The notes below the pieces were generated by a model. It searched no databases. It saw only the letters and a list, made by a program, of their open reading frames with translations, and was not told where the DNA came from. From contig NC_087245.1 of NCBI RefSeq assembly GCF_037042905.1, forward strand, positions 26,538,001 through 26,602,000: 64,000 nucleotides of DNA, given 5' to 3'. Origin of the DNA: Lytechinus pictus. Lineage: Eukaryota. This document shows positions 14,244 to 27,140 of this stretch, in pieces. Positions within the stretch are counted from its first letter, which is position 1. Every line of letters begins with the position of its first letter. A program made the translations under genes and the position numbers.

Positions 14244-16350
14244 TAACTACGTTATTGACTATCAGATTTTGATATTGTCATTTTTTTTTTTGCTCGATGA
14301 ATTTTCCTTATCTATTTAGGTGTGATTATTTTCAGCCCGGTGTAACCCTTAAATTTGTTTGATGACTGATGGATGGGGAATCGGTGCACCAATCAGGAAG
14401 AAAGTAAGGTGTAGAAGCAAAATAAGCTGAGAGACATTGACGGTAAAACCGAAACTGCGTTACAATTTGAGAAAACGACCTTTACAAATGGAAGCAAAAT
14501 CATAAATTTCCTATTCAAATAATTCAATTATAGCATTGGTACCTTAATAGCAAATTGATAACGAAGATATAAATCCTGTTGTTGAAACAGAAGTGAAATT
14601 GAAACAGGCGTTGGCTTTTACTATTTAATTTCCATCGATGTGTATTTCCCATTATCATACTTGGAATGGATTGTAAGCAACCTGTTATCAAAACCAATGA
14701 AAGATGAACCAAGAAATTATAAATTTTCACAGAAACTGCTTCATAAATTGAGGTTTCTCAATAAATTATATTTCGAAAACAAATTGAATTTGTAAAATAT
14801 TACGTATTCTATATAAGAAAGACATTTGGGTCACGCTGTATGAATAATCCAAAAACAACTGATTGTTATATACTTGTGAAATAAAGGTCCGGTTTTATTC
14901 ATAAACGTATATAGATCTGCATAATTTCATGAAACAATACTTTTTATGTACTTTTCTATAGATCACAATTAACAAGTATATCTATGTAATGAATGTAATG
15001 ACAACTTCATTATATTTCACGTCTAAGCTATTGAGAATATCAATTGGTGATAATGGCTTCACTAAAATCATGGACCCTATCACAAATGCTAAAATGATTC
15101 ATGCAATTACCATGATTACAGCCGATACTATCAAACGGCAATAGCGCCAACATTTCCACGCCATCATCTCAACGAAATACATCGTCTATATATTGTATTA
15201 ATGCAGCTCCTTATTCCAAAGGTTCATTATACAGAAAGCTCGAATCGTCTGGAGGTTCGATATAATCCGAAGATTTTTATTCCGACGATGAAATAAGTTT
15301 CGATATTCCGAAGCTTGGTTGATTCGAAAACGAAATAAGCAGGAGCCGCGGAAGCGGGGGAGGGGGCGTGTGGGCTTCAGCCCCCACTTTAAAAAAAAAT
15401 AACAACCTGATGTGATTTTTTTTCATGGCCAGCCCCCCCCCCCACTTTTGTCTCAGCCCCCACTTTCAAAATCGTTCCGCGGCCCCTGATAAGGGTCATT
15501 ATTACGATTTTTTGAGAGACCAATAATGAAGTTCATAAGTTGGGATTCGTTCATGAGAAAATCCACAGTTTCATGATTCCGATAAACGCGAATGGCAAGA
15601 GGTTGATTAATCGTATAAGAGTTAAAATAAAATAATAATCCGAAGGGCTGTTATCCTGCAATGAATAATAAGACTCGTTATTCCGGAGGTACGTTCAAAC
15701 GAAAATGAAATTAGATTAGTAAGTATGAATAAAAAACAGGGGCCGAGGAAACGGGGGGGGGGGGCTGCGGCCTTTAGCCCCCGCACTTTTTGCCATAACC
15801 GTGTACAAAAAAAACGTATGGTCAGCCCCCTCCCCCACTTTTTGCTCAGTCCCCATCCACTTTCAATACCGTTCCGCGGCCCCTGTGAAAGTCTTCTTTG
15901 CCTGACTATCGAACATTTAGAATAGCGACTTCAAATATTAAAATTCAAAATGATGATTTTTAAATATTGTTTTCATATCGACTTACCTCATTTCCTTTTC
16001 GGAATAAAAAAAAACACATTTGGATATATACGAACATTCGGAATAACGAACCTTATTTCATTTCCGGTTTAAAGAATCTCGGAATAACAAATCCTATGTA
16101 CAATTTTTTTCATCAAACGTAATTTCGTATACCGTAAATTGTCGCCTGATCTACGCCCTCTTCGTCTATACTTTCCTTTTCTTTTCTTCCCATTGGTTCA
16201 TCTTCAACACAATTGGGTTTTTAAATGGGCTCTAAGAGCCTCCTTATTACTGCCACACTCATCTGTACACCCTCGTCGTGAAGATGTGACCATCAAAGTA
16301 ACTTCAAGGTAACACTTTGTCTAATTCGCTGCGTACGGTCAGTGGAGTGA

Positions 16351-16947
16351 TTAAGGACAAGTCCCCCCAACAAAAAGTTGATTTGAATAAAAAGAGAAAA
16401 ATCTTACGAGCATAACACTGAAAATTTCATCAAAATCGGATGTAAAATAAGAAAATTATGACATTTTGAAGTTTCGCTTAATTTCACATAATTATTATAT
16501 GCACATCCCGGTCGGTATGCAAATGGGGGAAGTGATGACATCACTCACTCACTTTTTCTTTTGTATTTTATTATATGAAATATTCTAATTTTCTCCTCAT
16601 TGTCCTGTGAAACAAAGTTTTTATTTCACCCTGAACATGTGGAATTACCATTGTTAAACATTATGTGGTTCAGTCAAGTTTGTCCTTATTTTCAAATCTG
16701 TAAAAATTGAAATATTGTATGATTCAAACAATACAAAACAAAAGAAATAGTGAGTGAATGACATCGATTCTCTCATTTGCATGTGACTAAATTGTGCATA
16801 TAACTATTTTGTGAAAAATAAGCGAAACTTTAAAATATCATAACCTTTTCATTTTACATCCGATTTTGATGAAATTTTCAGTATTATGCTTGTCTGATTT
16901 TTCTCTGTTAATTCAAATCAACATTCTGAAGTGGACTTGACCTCTAA
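16351..16947. mobile_element. TTAA-flanked palindromic MITE (Kolobok/piggyBac-type); related fragments at ~7570, 13372, 21720 and 49751
   Basis: Ends TTAA-GGACAAGTCC...GGACTTGACCT-CTAA; long internal inverted repeats (AAATTTCATCAAAATCGGATGTAAAA / TTTTACATCCGATTTTGATGAAATTT). Confidence 0.7.
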
Positions 16948-17093
16948 CTAGGCATTACTATACATAAAAAAGTGGATTTACACTGTATTAATCATGTTTC
17001 CTTGAAGCCTTTGTAGTTTTTTTTCAATCTAATTGATTAAATCTTTAAGCTTTATGGATTCCTGAGGAACACGTACAGTCTATATCTTTATCT

Positions 17094-18467
17094 TTAAGCT
17101 GTAGAGTCTTGGTTTGAGATCCGTAAATATCGGCAGTCTTTAAGTTCATCAAATATATCCCCCAGGGATTGTGTCTTGGACATGGACGTACAAGCAACAT
17201 CAGCCCTTTGTGTGCTGTTGAACGGGAATGATTTGCTTTGCAACGCTCCTCGAGCTTTGCGAACACCATCCTGCAAGGAAGTACCTCTGGAATGACGTCG
17301 GATTTCCTCGATGTGTACCAGCTCACCAACTACTTGTGACACGCTCCGCCTAGGTGTCGAGGCAAAGGTTTGTTTCATGATACACGGAGAGGATTCGGTG
17401 TGAGATGCGCGTCGAAATGACGCATTTTGGTTGTGACGAGCACCGACGACGCTGCGCGGTGATTCGTTCGGAGACAAAGGTGGAGACATGATTTGACTGT
17501 CAGACTGGACACTACGACGTCCCATGTATGATGGGTGTCGTAGAGGAGGCAAGTTAACTGATGATGTACGATGCAGTAAAAGCTCTTGGTTGCTACGAGT
17601 TCCCGTTGTGTTTGTCAAGAAGGCAGGCTCGTGAGAGCTATGCCGTCTGGAAGGTCTCATCCCAGGTGAAGTGGTCACTGGTTTAACGATGTCCGAAGTG
17701 CGTCGACGTCTCGTCATTAGTTTCGCACGCTCGTCCCCGATATGCGATGTCGACCTCAGATTCAAATTAGTCTGCGAATGCCTTCTAAGTAAATGTGGTG
17801 ACGACTCAACTCTTGAGTGGTTTGGTTTATGGTCCAAGACAGTGTTGTCATTGTCCTCGTTCACATCTTCATTGGTCACCATTTCCCCAATCATTCCAAG
17901 TTCTCGTCCGGTGCAGAAGTTTGGCAGGTCTGTGACTGGAATCGAAGCTGCGTCTGCGGCAATACTTTCATCACTGAAATCACCTTTCGGTTCTGTTGCT
18001 AGCTCCACATCAAAATTTGGACCGACTTTATCAATGGACGCTGGTGACGAGTAGCACCGGCTAAGTGATACCTGTGACGGCGCCCCATCGCTTGATTTAC
18101 TTGGGCGACGCGGTAACTGCGCCGTTTTCAAACGTCCAGCAGAATTTGCTCGCGAAGAAGGTCCCGAGAAGAGATTGGTTATATCATCTGAACTTCCCGA
18201 TGAGTGTAGGTTGGCTATTTCTTGACGCGACTGCGTCATTCTCTGGTGTTCTTTTCGTCGTACGGAGTCAAACATCCGGACGGCGTGGCGACGCATTTCA
18301 CTCGTCTCCGAGTCTAGTTGGTTCATTCGGGATCGCATTTCTTTGGACAATGATTGAAGATTCTCCTCAAGTTTGCGTTGTTCCTTGATACTCGATTGAT
18401 GAAGACTCACAGCTCGGGCACCAACCACTGATGAAGCACTGATTTCTTGGTCGAATGGATATGCCAT
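17094..18467 (-). CDS. Uncharacterised 457-aa Ser/Arg-rich protein with N-terminal coiled coil and C-terminal DELKDCRYLR motif; CDS within one exon
   Basis: Long, GC- and CpG-rich ORF. A strong acceptor TTTCATGTTTTCATTTTCAG puts the exon start at 18486, followed by ACG-ATG-G (MAYPFDQ...). The upstream part of the 530-aa ORF call is intronic. Confidence 0.8.
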   Translation of the reverse strand: MAYPFDQEISASSVVGARAVSLHQSSIKEQRKLEENLQSLSKEMRSRMNQLDSETSEMRRHAVRMFDSVRRKEHQRMTQSRQEIANLHSSGSSDDITNLFSGPSSRANSAGRLKTAQLPRRPSKSSDGAPSQVSLSRCYSSPASIDKVGPNFDVELATEPKGDFSDESIAADAASIPVTDLPNFCTGRELGMIGEMVTNEDVNEDNDNTVLDHKPNHSRVESSPHLLRRHSQTNLNLRSTSHIGDERAKLMTRRRRTSDIVKPVTTSPGMRPSRRHSSHEPAFLTNTTGTRSNQELLLHRTSSVNLPPLRHPSYMGRRSVQSDSQIMSPPLSPNESPRSVVGARHNQNASFRRASHTESSPCIMKQTFASTPRRSVSQVVGELVHIEEIRRHSRGTSLQDGVRKARGALQSKSFPFNSTQRADVACTSMSKTQSLGDIFDELKDCRYLRISNQDSTA

Positions 18468-19519
18468 CGTCCTTAATTGTCTAGCTCTGAAAATGAAAAC
18501 ATGAAAGAGACGGATATAAATTACCTTGAAAGGAGAGTTTGTTATAATGAAATAATCATGGGTGTTTAAATGGAAGAGTTGAATGAAAAATATTTCGATC
18601 AATCGTCTCCTTTTTCGTGCCGTCCAAATCAGTTGAATTTTGCTAGCCTTTAAAATGTTTAATATATATATTTGCTTGACAGCCAATCACGGCTCGCCAT
18701 TTAGCGTCCATTGTCTGGTTACGGTTCTATTATACATTTATATTGTTTTGCTCTAGTGTTTTAGTCTTTCATTCGATTTTACTCCGATGAGTGCATGTCG
18801 AAAAGCTTCAGCATGTCAGTTTTTAAGGCTATTTTACGATTAACAATATATATATTCCCTTCTGTAAATTCATGGGGATGATGACAATTCAAAGTGTAAA
18901 AATATTATGTAATCAGTATCACATTGCCTAAGAATTATTGCTGTCCGAAACCATATATATTTCTCCAACGTGAGATTTAAAAAAAAGAATTTTGAATCCT
19001 GAGAATAACCTATATCAATGTCAATTTTATCTGATTATGATAGAGATTGGAGATTATTATGAAACATTTCGATTCGCAGCATTTTACTGAAATGTATTAT
19101 TTCCGATTTGAAATTGTTGAACAATGTCGCCATCTTTTATCGGAGGGGGGGGGCGCTTCAGCTAATGCACATAGAACTAGGCCTGTCACCCAACAAACTA
19201 AATGATTTGGACATCACGAGTAATGCAAGAAGATTAGATAAGTGAAACACGACATACGGTCAATGAAATTATTGCAAATTAGGTGTACAATAATTGCTTA
19301 TTATGACGTAATCCTAGGACACATCATTTTCCTTTATTTTACTCTAATTATCAAAGATGATAATTATTCGCTAATTATGTGTACGCAGCTCTTTTGCATT
19401 CTGCCAACTATTAGTATGATTAGTATTGCTATAATTGTAGTCACTGTTGCCCATAGGTGGCGTCATTATTGATTGGGAGACAGAGCAAGCAAGACGACCA
19501 GGACTGGTGCCCAACTAAT

Positions 19520-20299
19520 ACCTCGGTCACGTTCAAGTCCGATTAGGTTTACGACGTGCTTGCGATGTGTTTTATGGCCATTCTGGACTGGTTGCCGGCT
19601 GGGCACCCTTGGTCATCGTACGATGGCCGGGGCTCTTAGGTAGCATCGGAGGGATGATCGGACAAAGATAAGTGGGAGTTATTTTTTTTTTCGGATGTCT
19701 CTACCGATCTTTCTAGTCGCCCATCCATTCTTGACACATCGTTTAAGTATCGTCTGATGGCCAGCCATGAACGGACAGACATCGGCCGATTAGTCGACCG
19801 ATGTCTGTCCGGACATTAGCCACTAACCGGCCGATTCCGACCGGTATGCATCGATGTTTGATTGATATATGGCCAATGCATGTGATTGACATCTGCTAGT
19901 GATCACAGATGCATCAGGGCCTTTATAAACCGCGTCATTTTGCATTTACAACTTTCAGCGCGTTATTTTGTGCACTACATGACAAAAAAAAATGCCAAGA
20001 GGGAAAGTACACCGGCCGACAATCTCCTAGGCATCGTACGATGTCCGGATACATCTACCAATAATCTTCATCCGGCTTTCGCACGAGCACTGTTGGATTA
20101 ATCGGGGATTGGTATTGGAAGTCCCGTCGATGTCCGGCCCTTAATCGCTGCCTCCCCGGCTGGTGTGTGGACGGCCTCCGCACGATGGCATTTGTGACGG
20201 CGATGTGCTAAGGATCGATGTTAAAAAAATCTCTCACCCAACCGGCTATTACCGATTACCCCCGATTTATTGCCACCGGCCGGCGAATGTGACTTAGGC
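19520..20299. mobile_element. GC-rich MITE with imperfect TIRs
   Basis: Left end CCTCGGTCACGTTC versus right-end reverse complement CCTAAGTCACATTC; CpG-rich non-coding interior. Confidence 0.5.
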
Positions 20300-23200
20300 A
20301 TGAAAAGTCACAGCTGTGATAACTCATCTATTCATTTTCTTTAAAATGGGAAGTCGAACCTTAAAATGACACTAATTCTAAAAATCAGGTAAAGATGAGC
20401 AAAACGCAAAAAATGTCATTAAATGGAATTGAAAATAACTTAGACGTGGAATTTGTAAGTTTTATCGAGATGAAAGCTGACAAGGTTGGGTCCTCATCTC
20501 ACAGCAGGGCAATGGACGACTGTCCCTCTGAGATTTTCAAGTACCGAAGAAGGTATGTGAAAAGAGACAGAAGAGAAAAGAAAAGGGAAGAAAACATAAA
20601 AAGAGAGGTATAATTCATGTGTATTTGAATATTCATATCATACTTAAATGCCCCTCATTGTATTGAAGAAGAAAAAATGACGTCACCTTTTTGCTGCCTT
20701 GTCTTGCCTTGCCCCCCCCCCCTCCATCAATATACCCTGACGCCTCTCCTGAAAGTGGAGATGGGCTGATGATGCCATGCCTCTACTTTTATTTTATTTT
20801 TCTTACAATCCATAATCTCAATTACCAGGCATGATTGTTTCATTTTGCCAGTCATGTTTATAAAAATGTATATATCCCATGACTGTAACAAAACAATTTA
20901 CATGCGGTAAAGATGATCTCACACAATAATAACATGACAGAAGTCTATTAGTGCTGCATTCATATTATTAGAGAGGCATTTGAAAAGAATATGCAATATC
21001 ATGTCAGAGGCCGCGGAACGGTTTTGAAAGGGGGGGGGGGGTTGACCATGCAAAAAAAATCATAATCAGATAGTCAAAGTGCGGGGGCTGAAGCCTCTGC
21101 AGCCCCCCGTTTTCGCGGCCCCTCTTCCTAAACATTATTTTAAGACCGTTTACTTTCTGTTGTGATAACCTTAATTCTTGGTCGTCGGCTTGCATAGCTA
21201 GGCAGTAAAATAACCGTTTTTGCTAAGGTCGTTGCAATGTTTACAAACTCATCTTTGCGGGGGCAATGGGGGTAATTTAAACAAAGGTATTCGTTTCCTA
21301 ATTGTTGGATCTCCTATGAAAAACACACCATTGTTTTGTAAAAACTGCTTTAGTGTTAATTTGTAAAAATATATAACCAATGGCACATATCCAATCATTA
21401 AAAAAACGTAGTTTCACCTCGTCATACATCTTCATATAAATCACTTAATTCTGGTCATCTTTATGGGCATTTTTATTATCAATAATATTAACAACATTAG
21501 TAAATTCAAGATGCAAACCTGCCCACCCCCCCCCCAATTTAGACCAATAATGTAAATTTTATATTCTTTGTAGTTTCACATGAAGGCAGTTACAATCTTC
21601 TGTCCTGAGTAGACCATGTTCAAGACTACACTAATTTTCATGTAAAAAAATAATTTCAGGAATTGAAGATTATGCGCTATAACTTGCACTGATCACGGAA
21701 TAACTGAGATGAGGTCAAACCCTTTTTATATTAAAAAATGCTTATATACACTTTTAAAATTTTGAAAATTTGATCAAAATCGGACAAGGGATAACAAAGT
21801 TATGACATTTTAAAAAATTGCATTATTCCGGTGAAACAGTTTTAGGTATGTCTTCATGAATATTCAATTAGTAAACTGATGATGCCATATCCCCATTTGT
21901 TCTTTTTTACTATATTATAATTATGAAATTAGGTTTCTTCAGAGTTTTTCTTCCAAGAACTAGAAAATTTGATTGAAAACTGATTTAGTACATCAGATAT
22001 TCATTGCTGCAACTCATTTCTTAATAAGGGAGATATATCATTCACACATGTATGAAAAAATGAAAAATTAGGATTTTCATATAATAACACAATATAAATG
22101 AAAGTGGGGATGTAACATCATCGGCCCACAATAACGAATATTCATGACGACGTCCCGGGACGACGTACATAATAACCGTTTTCAGCAATAACTTCGTTAT
22201 TTATCAGATTTTGATGACATGCATTTTCAACATTTTAATTGGTCTGTGAATTTTACTCTATTCAATTTGATATAAATATTTTCAGCCCGGAGTACCTCTT
22301 TAAATTATTAAAACGAGCGCATCGAACTTTCAATGTTTTTTACATAATTTCTCTATTTATTTCTCCTATTTGTATTATCATGTTGGCAGAGAATAACAAG
22401 GTAGATTGGACAGAGATTAATCCTGAATGGTGTGCGTACATTTGAGTTTCCAATAATGTAGTACTATGTGGTATACTGCTAGTGGGATTAAGGCAGTTTG
22501 CCCCACCCCCAATCTCAACCCTCGTTCCACCTTAAAAGTTCCATGGCTTAGGAAAAAAGAAAGGAAATGGAAGGGGAAAGGGTGCAATATAAAAAAAAAC
22601 TATTGATATTATTTTGAACTTTGTCCCAAAACTGGATATTCAGTTTAAAGGGTATGCTTTTTTTTCTTCGTTTGCATGGGTTTTTCCCTTGATTTTTTGT
22701 TTACTACATCCATGCATGTTGTAAAGGTATTATATGAAAGGAAATTTTAGTTGGACAGCTGAATAGCTTCAAAATGGCCAAACCTCGTATCACTTTATTT
22801 TATATGCCCAAATTTCACAATAAATTTACAACTTCAGCTGGACAGATCTTAACAAAATAAGTCTACATGGTATACCAATCAATATAAACTATGTAAAGCA
22901 GAAGAAGTACCAAAACCCAACGAAAAAGAAGTTTGGATGATGCATGAAAAGTAATTAGCAAATGAGTTTCATGATTTTACAGTTGATTTTTTCTTATGTA
23001 ATATATTTAAGTTATTTCCATTTTTCTTTCTTCCTCATCATGGAATATGCATTATACAATAGGCCTATTCAATATTACTCCGACTGTATTATGGTTTATT
23101 AAAACAAAATAAAAATAAAATGAATTATATCATTTCAGAAAAAATTATACATCTTTTTGTCTACGAATGTAGTGCTTTGAAAATTTGGAGGAAATAAAAG

Positions 23201-23319
23201 ACACGTTTAAAGACAAAAACGTATACGATAGTTGAATTAATTATGACACACGCAATGATGTCGTATTAATAGGGAAATTTTATCTCCTCTACAATACCCT
23301 TCTTTTGAATACTCAATAC

Positions 23320-23446
23320 CTGTGTTATGTGAATCTTCCTCATTTCCACATTAAAATGGAAACACAATTTCTATTCCTTGCACTCGATGAAGGTTGGGTA
23401 ATTCTCTTTCTCCTGCCTGCCGACTTCGATGACGATGGCACTATTC
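23320..23446 (-). other. Candidate non-coding (5'UTR) exon of the 17094-18467 gene
   Basis: Minus-strand acceptor GTTTCTTTTTAG and donor CAG|GTATTG; all three frames contain stops. Confidence 0.3.
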
Positions 23447-26400
23447 CTAAAAAGAAACACTTCTTAGTCTGTTAGTCATCATACCATCATCTCAGCTAGT
23501 TTATAGGCAGGTCAGGCATTTGTCAGAAAACAATATTCAAAATTCAAATATTATCCAGCAGAAAAAAACAACGTTGTTCTCATTTATATATCTTCGTATT
23601 CGTATAGTTTTCATCAATTACTTCCACCATCCTTGTTCACGAAGTTTTATGGACCATTGGTAGTGCTAAACAAACTCATCTGTTTGTGCTTGATCGGATT
23701 ATGTAAGATTTTCTTCACGGTGAGTAAAATAAACGAAACAGTGTTTACAAAAGTAGGATATTCACCATTTCCGCAAAAGTAAACCTAGTTTCGACCATGC
23801 TAAAAGTTTTACCATTTATACACGATCTCGTGTCTAATCCGCAGTCGTTGCCCGGTATATCCAACAGAGGCAGATTCTGGAACTTCCGGGGGCTGAGGGT
23901 TGGTTGGAGGGGCGACAGGAGTTGGACGGGGCGTGTTGACTTACATGCCACCAGTGGCGGCGCTACAGAGAGACAGGAGGGGGGGGGGGGGGGGCTACCC
24001 GCCCTGCGTTTTTTCAATATAAGGTATGTATGGTAAGATTGTTAAAAAGAGGGACAAAGGAATAACTAAAATAGATCGAGAAAGAAGCAAGGAAAGAAAG
24101 AAAATAAGAAAAAGGGGATAGAAATAAAGATGGAAATAAAGAATGGAAAAAAGGGAGGAAGAAAGAAAGGGATATAGAGAGAGAGGGGGAGAGGGGTAAG
24201 GGGAGAGAGAGGGGAAAATAAAGAAAAAAAATAAAGGAAAAAGGAAAGAAAGAATGAAAGAAAGAAAATAAAGAGAGAAAGAAACAAAGGAAGACAGATA
24301 GAAAGGATAGAAAGAAAGTAAAATAAGACATAAACAAGATATTGTCTTTGTCGTACACACGTTTTTTAAATCTTTTGATATGCATGTCAAAAATATAATA
24401 AAAAGGGGCCTACAGCGAACCGTTTCATGAGAGTTATCAGCATTGACAAGTTCACTTTCTCCGACAGTTACCATAGTAACAGTCAGAGGCCAGTGCCTCA
24501 CAGCCAATCAGAACTTAGGATTTCACTAAAATTGTCAGCACTGACAATTTACTCAGTGCTGACAACTTTCATGAAACAACCCCCAGGTCTTACTCGATGA
24601 ACCAAAACAATAAAGTGACAGCATGGATGACTTAACGGAAGGGGCATTTTTTGTGTGTGAGGGGGGGGGGGGCGACCTCCATCTACCTCCCAGATACACC
24701 TCATTCTTCAATAACGAACATGGTATCAATATCGTGCTTTCATTCCAACACGATCTGTTATCGTAAACTACCTGTAACCTTTATATGTCCAGATTAAATC
24801 GAGCGCACTTTACCGCGAAATTCACTGGCTCCCACATCGTAAGTTTATATAAAAGTCAGACATCGAAACGACCCGAATATATATAGATTCGAGAGTCTAA
24901 AGCCCGGTTCTCAAGAAATCTTACAAGGCTTCTCGGAGTTTCATGAATACAATAAAAACTCAGAATAATGGGCAACGCTTGTCTTTCTGGTGATAATAAA
25001 TAGTGTCACAAAAATGAAAAACTTCCTTTAAAAAAAAAGAGAAAAAACAGACCCGAGTTTAAAAAGTTAAAAAGGTTTATCTCAGCCGGTTCGGAATCTA
25101 ATCATTGTTTAATTCAAGTTTGAGTACAATATCAATTTCACCAAATCTGAGCAAAACGCTCTCTATATCAGACTGTCTCCAATCTTCCATACATTTATTT
25201 CTATATCAATAATAATGATTTATAATTCAATGGTTTTTTTTACATTTATTTCCTTCCTGATCACTTAAGAAATGTTGTGCGTCAGTTATAATAGCTCTTA
25301 TTCATTTCTGTATTGTATTTATGGTCAATACGAGCCACAATCTTTTGCTTTTAGGGACTTACGCCTTCTTCTATAAAGATAACCTGTATATAGATAATAT
25401 ATTCCTTGATAGCAAATTGATATTGTGTGAATTCATGTTAAAAAAATTAAGAAATTTGTAAAATTGAAGAATAAAAAAGAAAGAAATATATATATGATTT
25501 TTTAATATAATTCTATTATTAATCTATTCTGTTGTATTTTTTTTCGTTATTTTTGGAGGGGGTGTAAAATTTTAAGATAAATGAGCCTGAAATTCTTGAT
25601 GCTGAGAAGTGGCTGATTGGAGTAGAATTTCCATTGTTGGTAAACAATTCTGTATTAACTTGTTAACAATTTGTCAGTAGGAACGTGCCGTCATCAGGGG
25701 AAACGAGAAAGCAAATAAATGATTGATTGATTTAATGTTCTCTTCTGAATCCATTCATATAATTCGTATAAAACATTTTGTCATAAAGTAACATTAAAAT
25801 TGTTTAGTGTTTTGGCATGAATCATAGAATGAATATACTAAAAATAAATATATATATGTCATTTATCCTCAATATCACAATGGATGGTAAATGAAAAAAA
25901 AAATAGACAGAAAGGGGGGGGCAGTGTTGGCACACTCGGTTGTGTCATTGGAAATTACTGGCTGTTTCGTAAGTTCATACCAATGTTTAGAAAGTCACTT
26001 TGAGGAGGCAATTTAGTGAACTTAAAACAAAAACTATTTGATAAATAAACATAGAATACGATAAAGCATTTCATAGAAATGAATCCAACTTGTATATGAG
26101 AATGGAGTCGACTTAATTTTCCGGAAGTTAAGTGCCGACAGCCGACAAGACGCCAGAAAGTGATTTTCTACATAATATGGTCAAACTTTTGAAAGTTTAA
26201 TATTCATGCTCCACGGGCGTAAATCCCAGGGGGTGGGGGATATACCCCCCCCCCCCACTTTTTGGAGAGGGGGATGACATGTACAATCACCCTCCCCCCC
26301 CCCCCCCCACACACACACACACATTTCAAGACAGAAACGATATATTTTTTTAATCAACAAAATTATAAATACTGCTGCATCTTTAAATTTGGTCAAAGTG

Positions 26401-26689
26401 CTTAAATTGGCCCTATTTTGCATTCTAAAAATGCAAAATTCCTCGCGCGGTCGCTCCGCTCCCGCGCTCAATATATTCTTACAAAAATTTGGTTCAAGAC
26501 AAATCCTTATATATTGCAAATGTTTTACTGTATCCGTGGCATCCTGAGAGTATGGTCATTATAACTCCATTTATTTATTGTATGGTACCATCATCTTCAT
26601 TATCATCATCATCCTCCTCCTCATCATCATCATCTTCAGTTGTACGATACCAATGGTCTTGAATATGGTTATAACTTTCATATAACAAT

Positions 26690-27140
26690 CCAAACATCAT
26701 TAAAGCCCCTGCTCCAGGCTCAATGAATACCAGACAAACAGCAGCTGTAACATGCCAAGTGATTAAAGACCTATTACAAAATGAAGAGTTCCTTAAGATT
26801 CTTGACTCGGCTGTCAGTAGAGCTGTGGAAAATGTTTTTATTTTAAATAGTAATTCATAATTGTTTGTATAAATTTCATTCAGGCATTATAGGCACCCCC
26901 CTTCGTTGTAGTTTAGTGATTTTTTTTTCTATCTTTGTTATTGAAGTTTTTGTATAATTATTATGTTATAGGGTCAGCTAATCACAAGGCTTGTTCCTTT
27001 CTTGCTGTCCCTCTCATAGTCAATCCAATGTTTATTTCTATTTGTTGTTTTTTTTTTTTCTATTTTGTGAATATGATACTTTGTATATGTATGTTTTTGT
27101 ATGGATTTTTATGAGCAAATAAATTGAAATTGAAATTGAA
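26690..27140 (+). mobile_element. Possible CR1/L2-type LINE remnant with (ATTGAA)n tail
   Basis: Ends AATAAATTGAAATTGAAATTGAA; short ORF1-like peptide MNTRQTAAVTCQVIKDLLQNEEFLKILDSAV at 26723. Confidence 0.3.

Noticed and set aside
18468..18686. N-terminal 73 aa of the 530-aa ORF call
   Set aside because: It starts at a non-ATG codon, is AT-rich, and mostly lies upstream of a strong splice acceptor at 18486/18487.
23995..24507. Hydrophobic ORFs here and at 29716-30057 and 45108-45377
   Set aside because: They are translations of purine/pyrimidine tracts or microsatellites.
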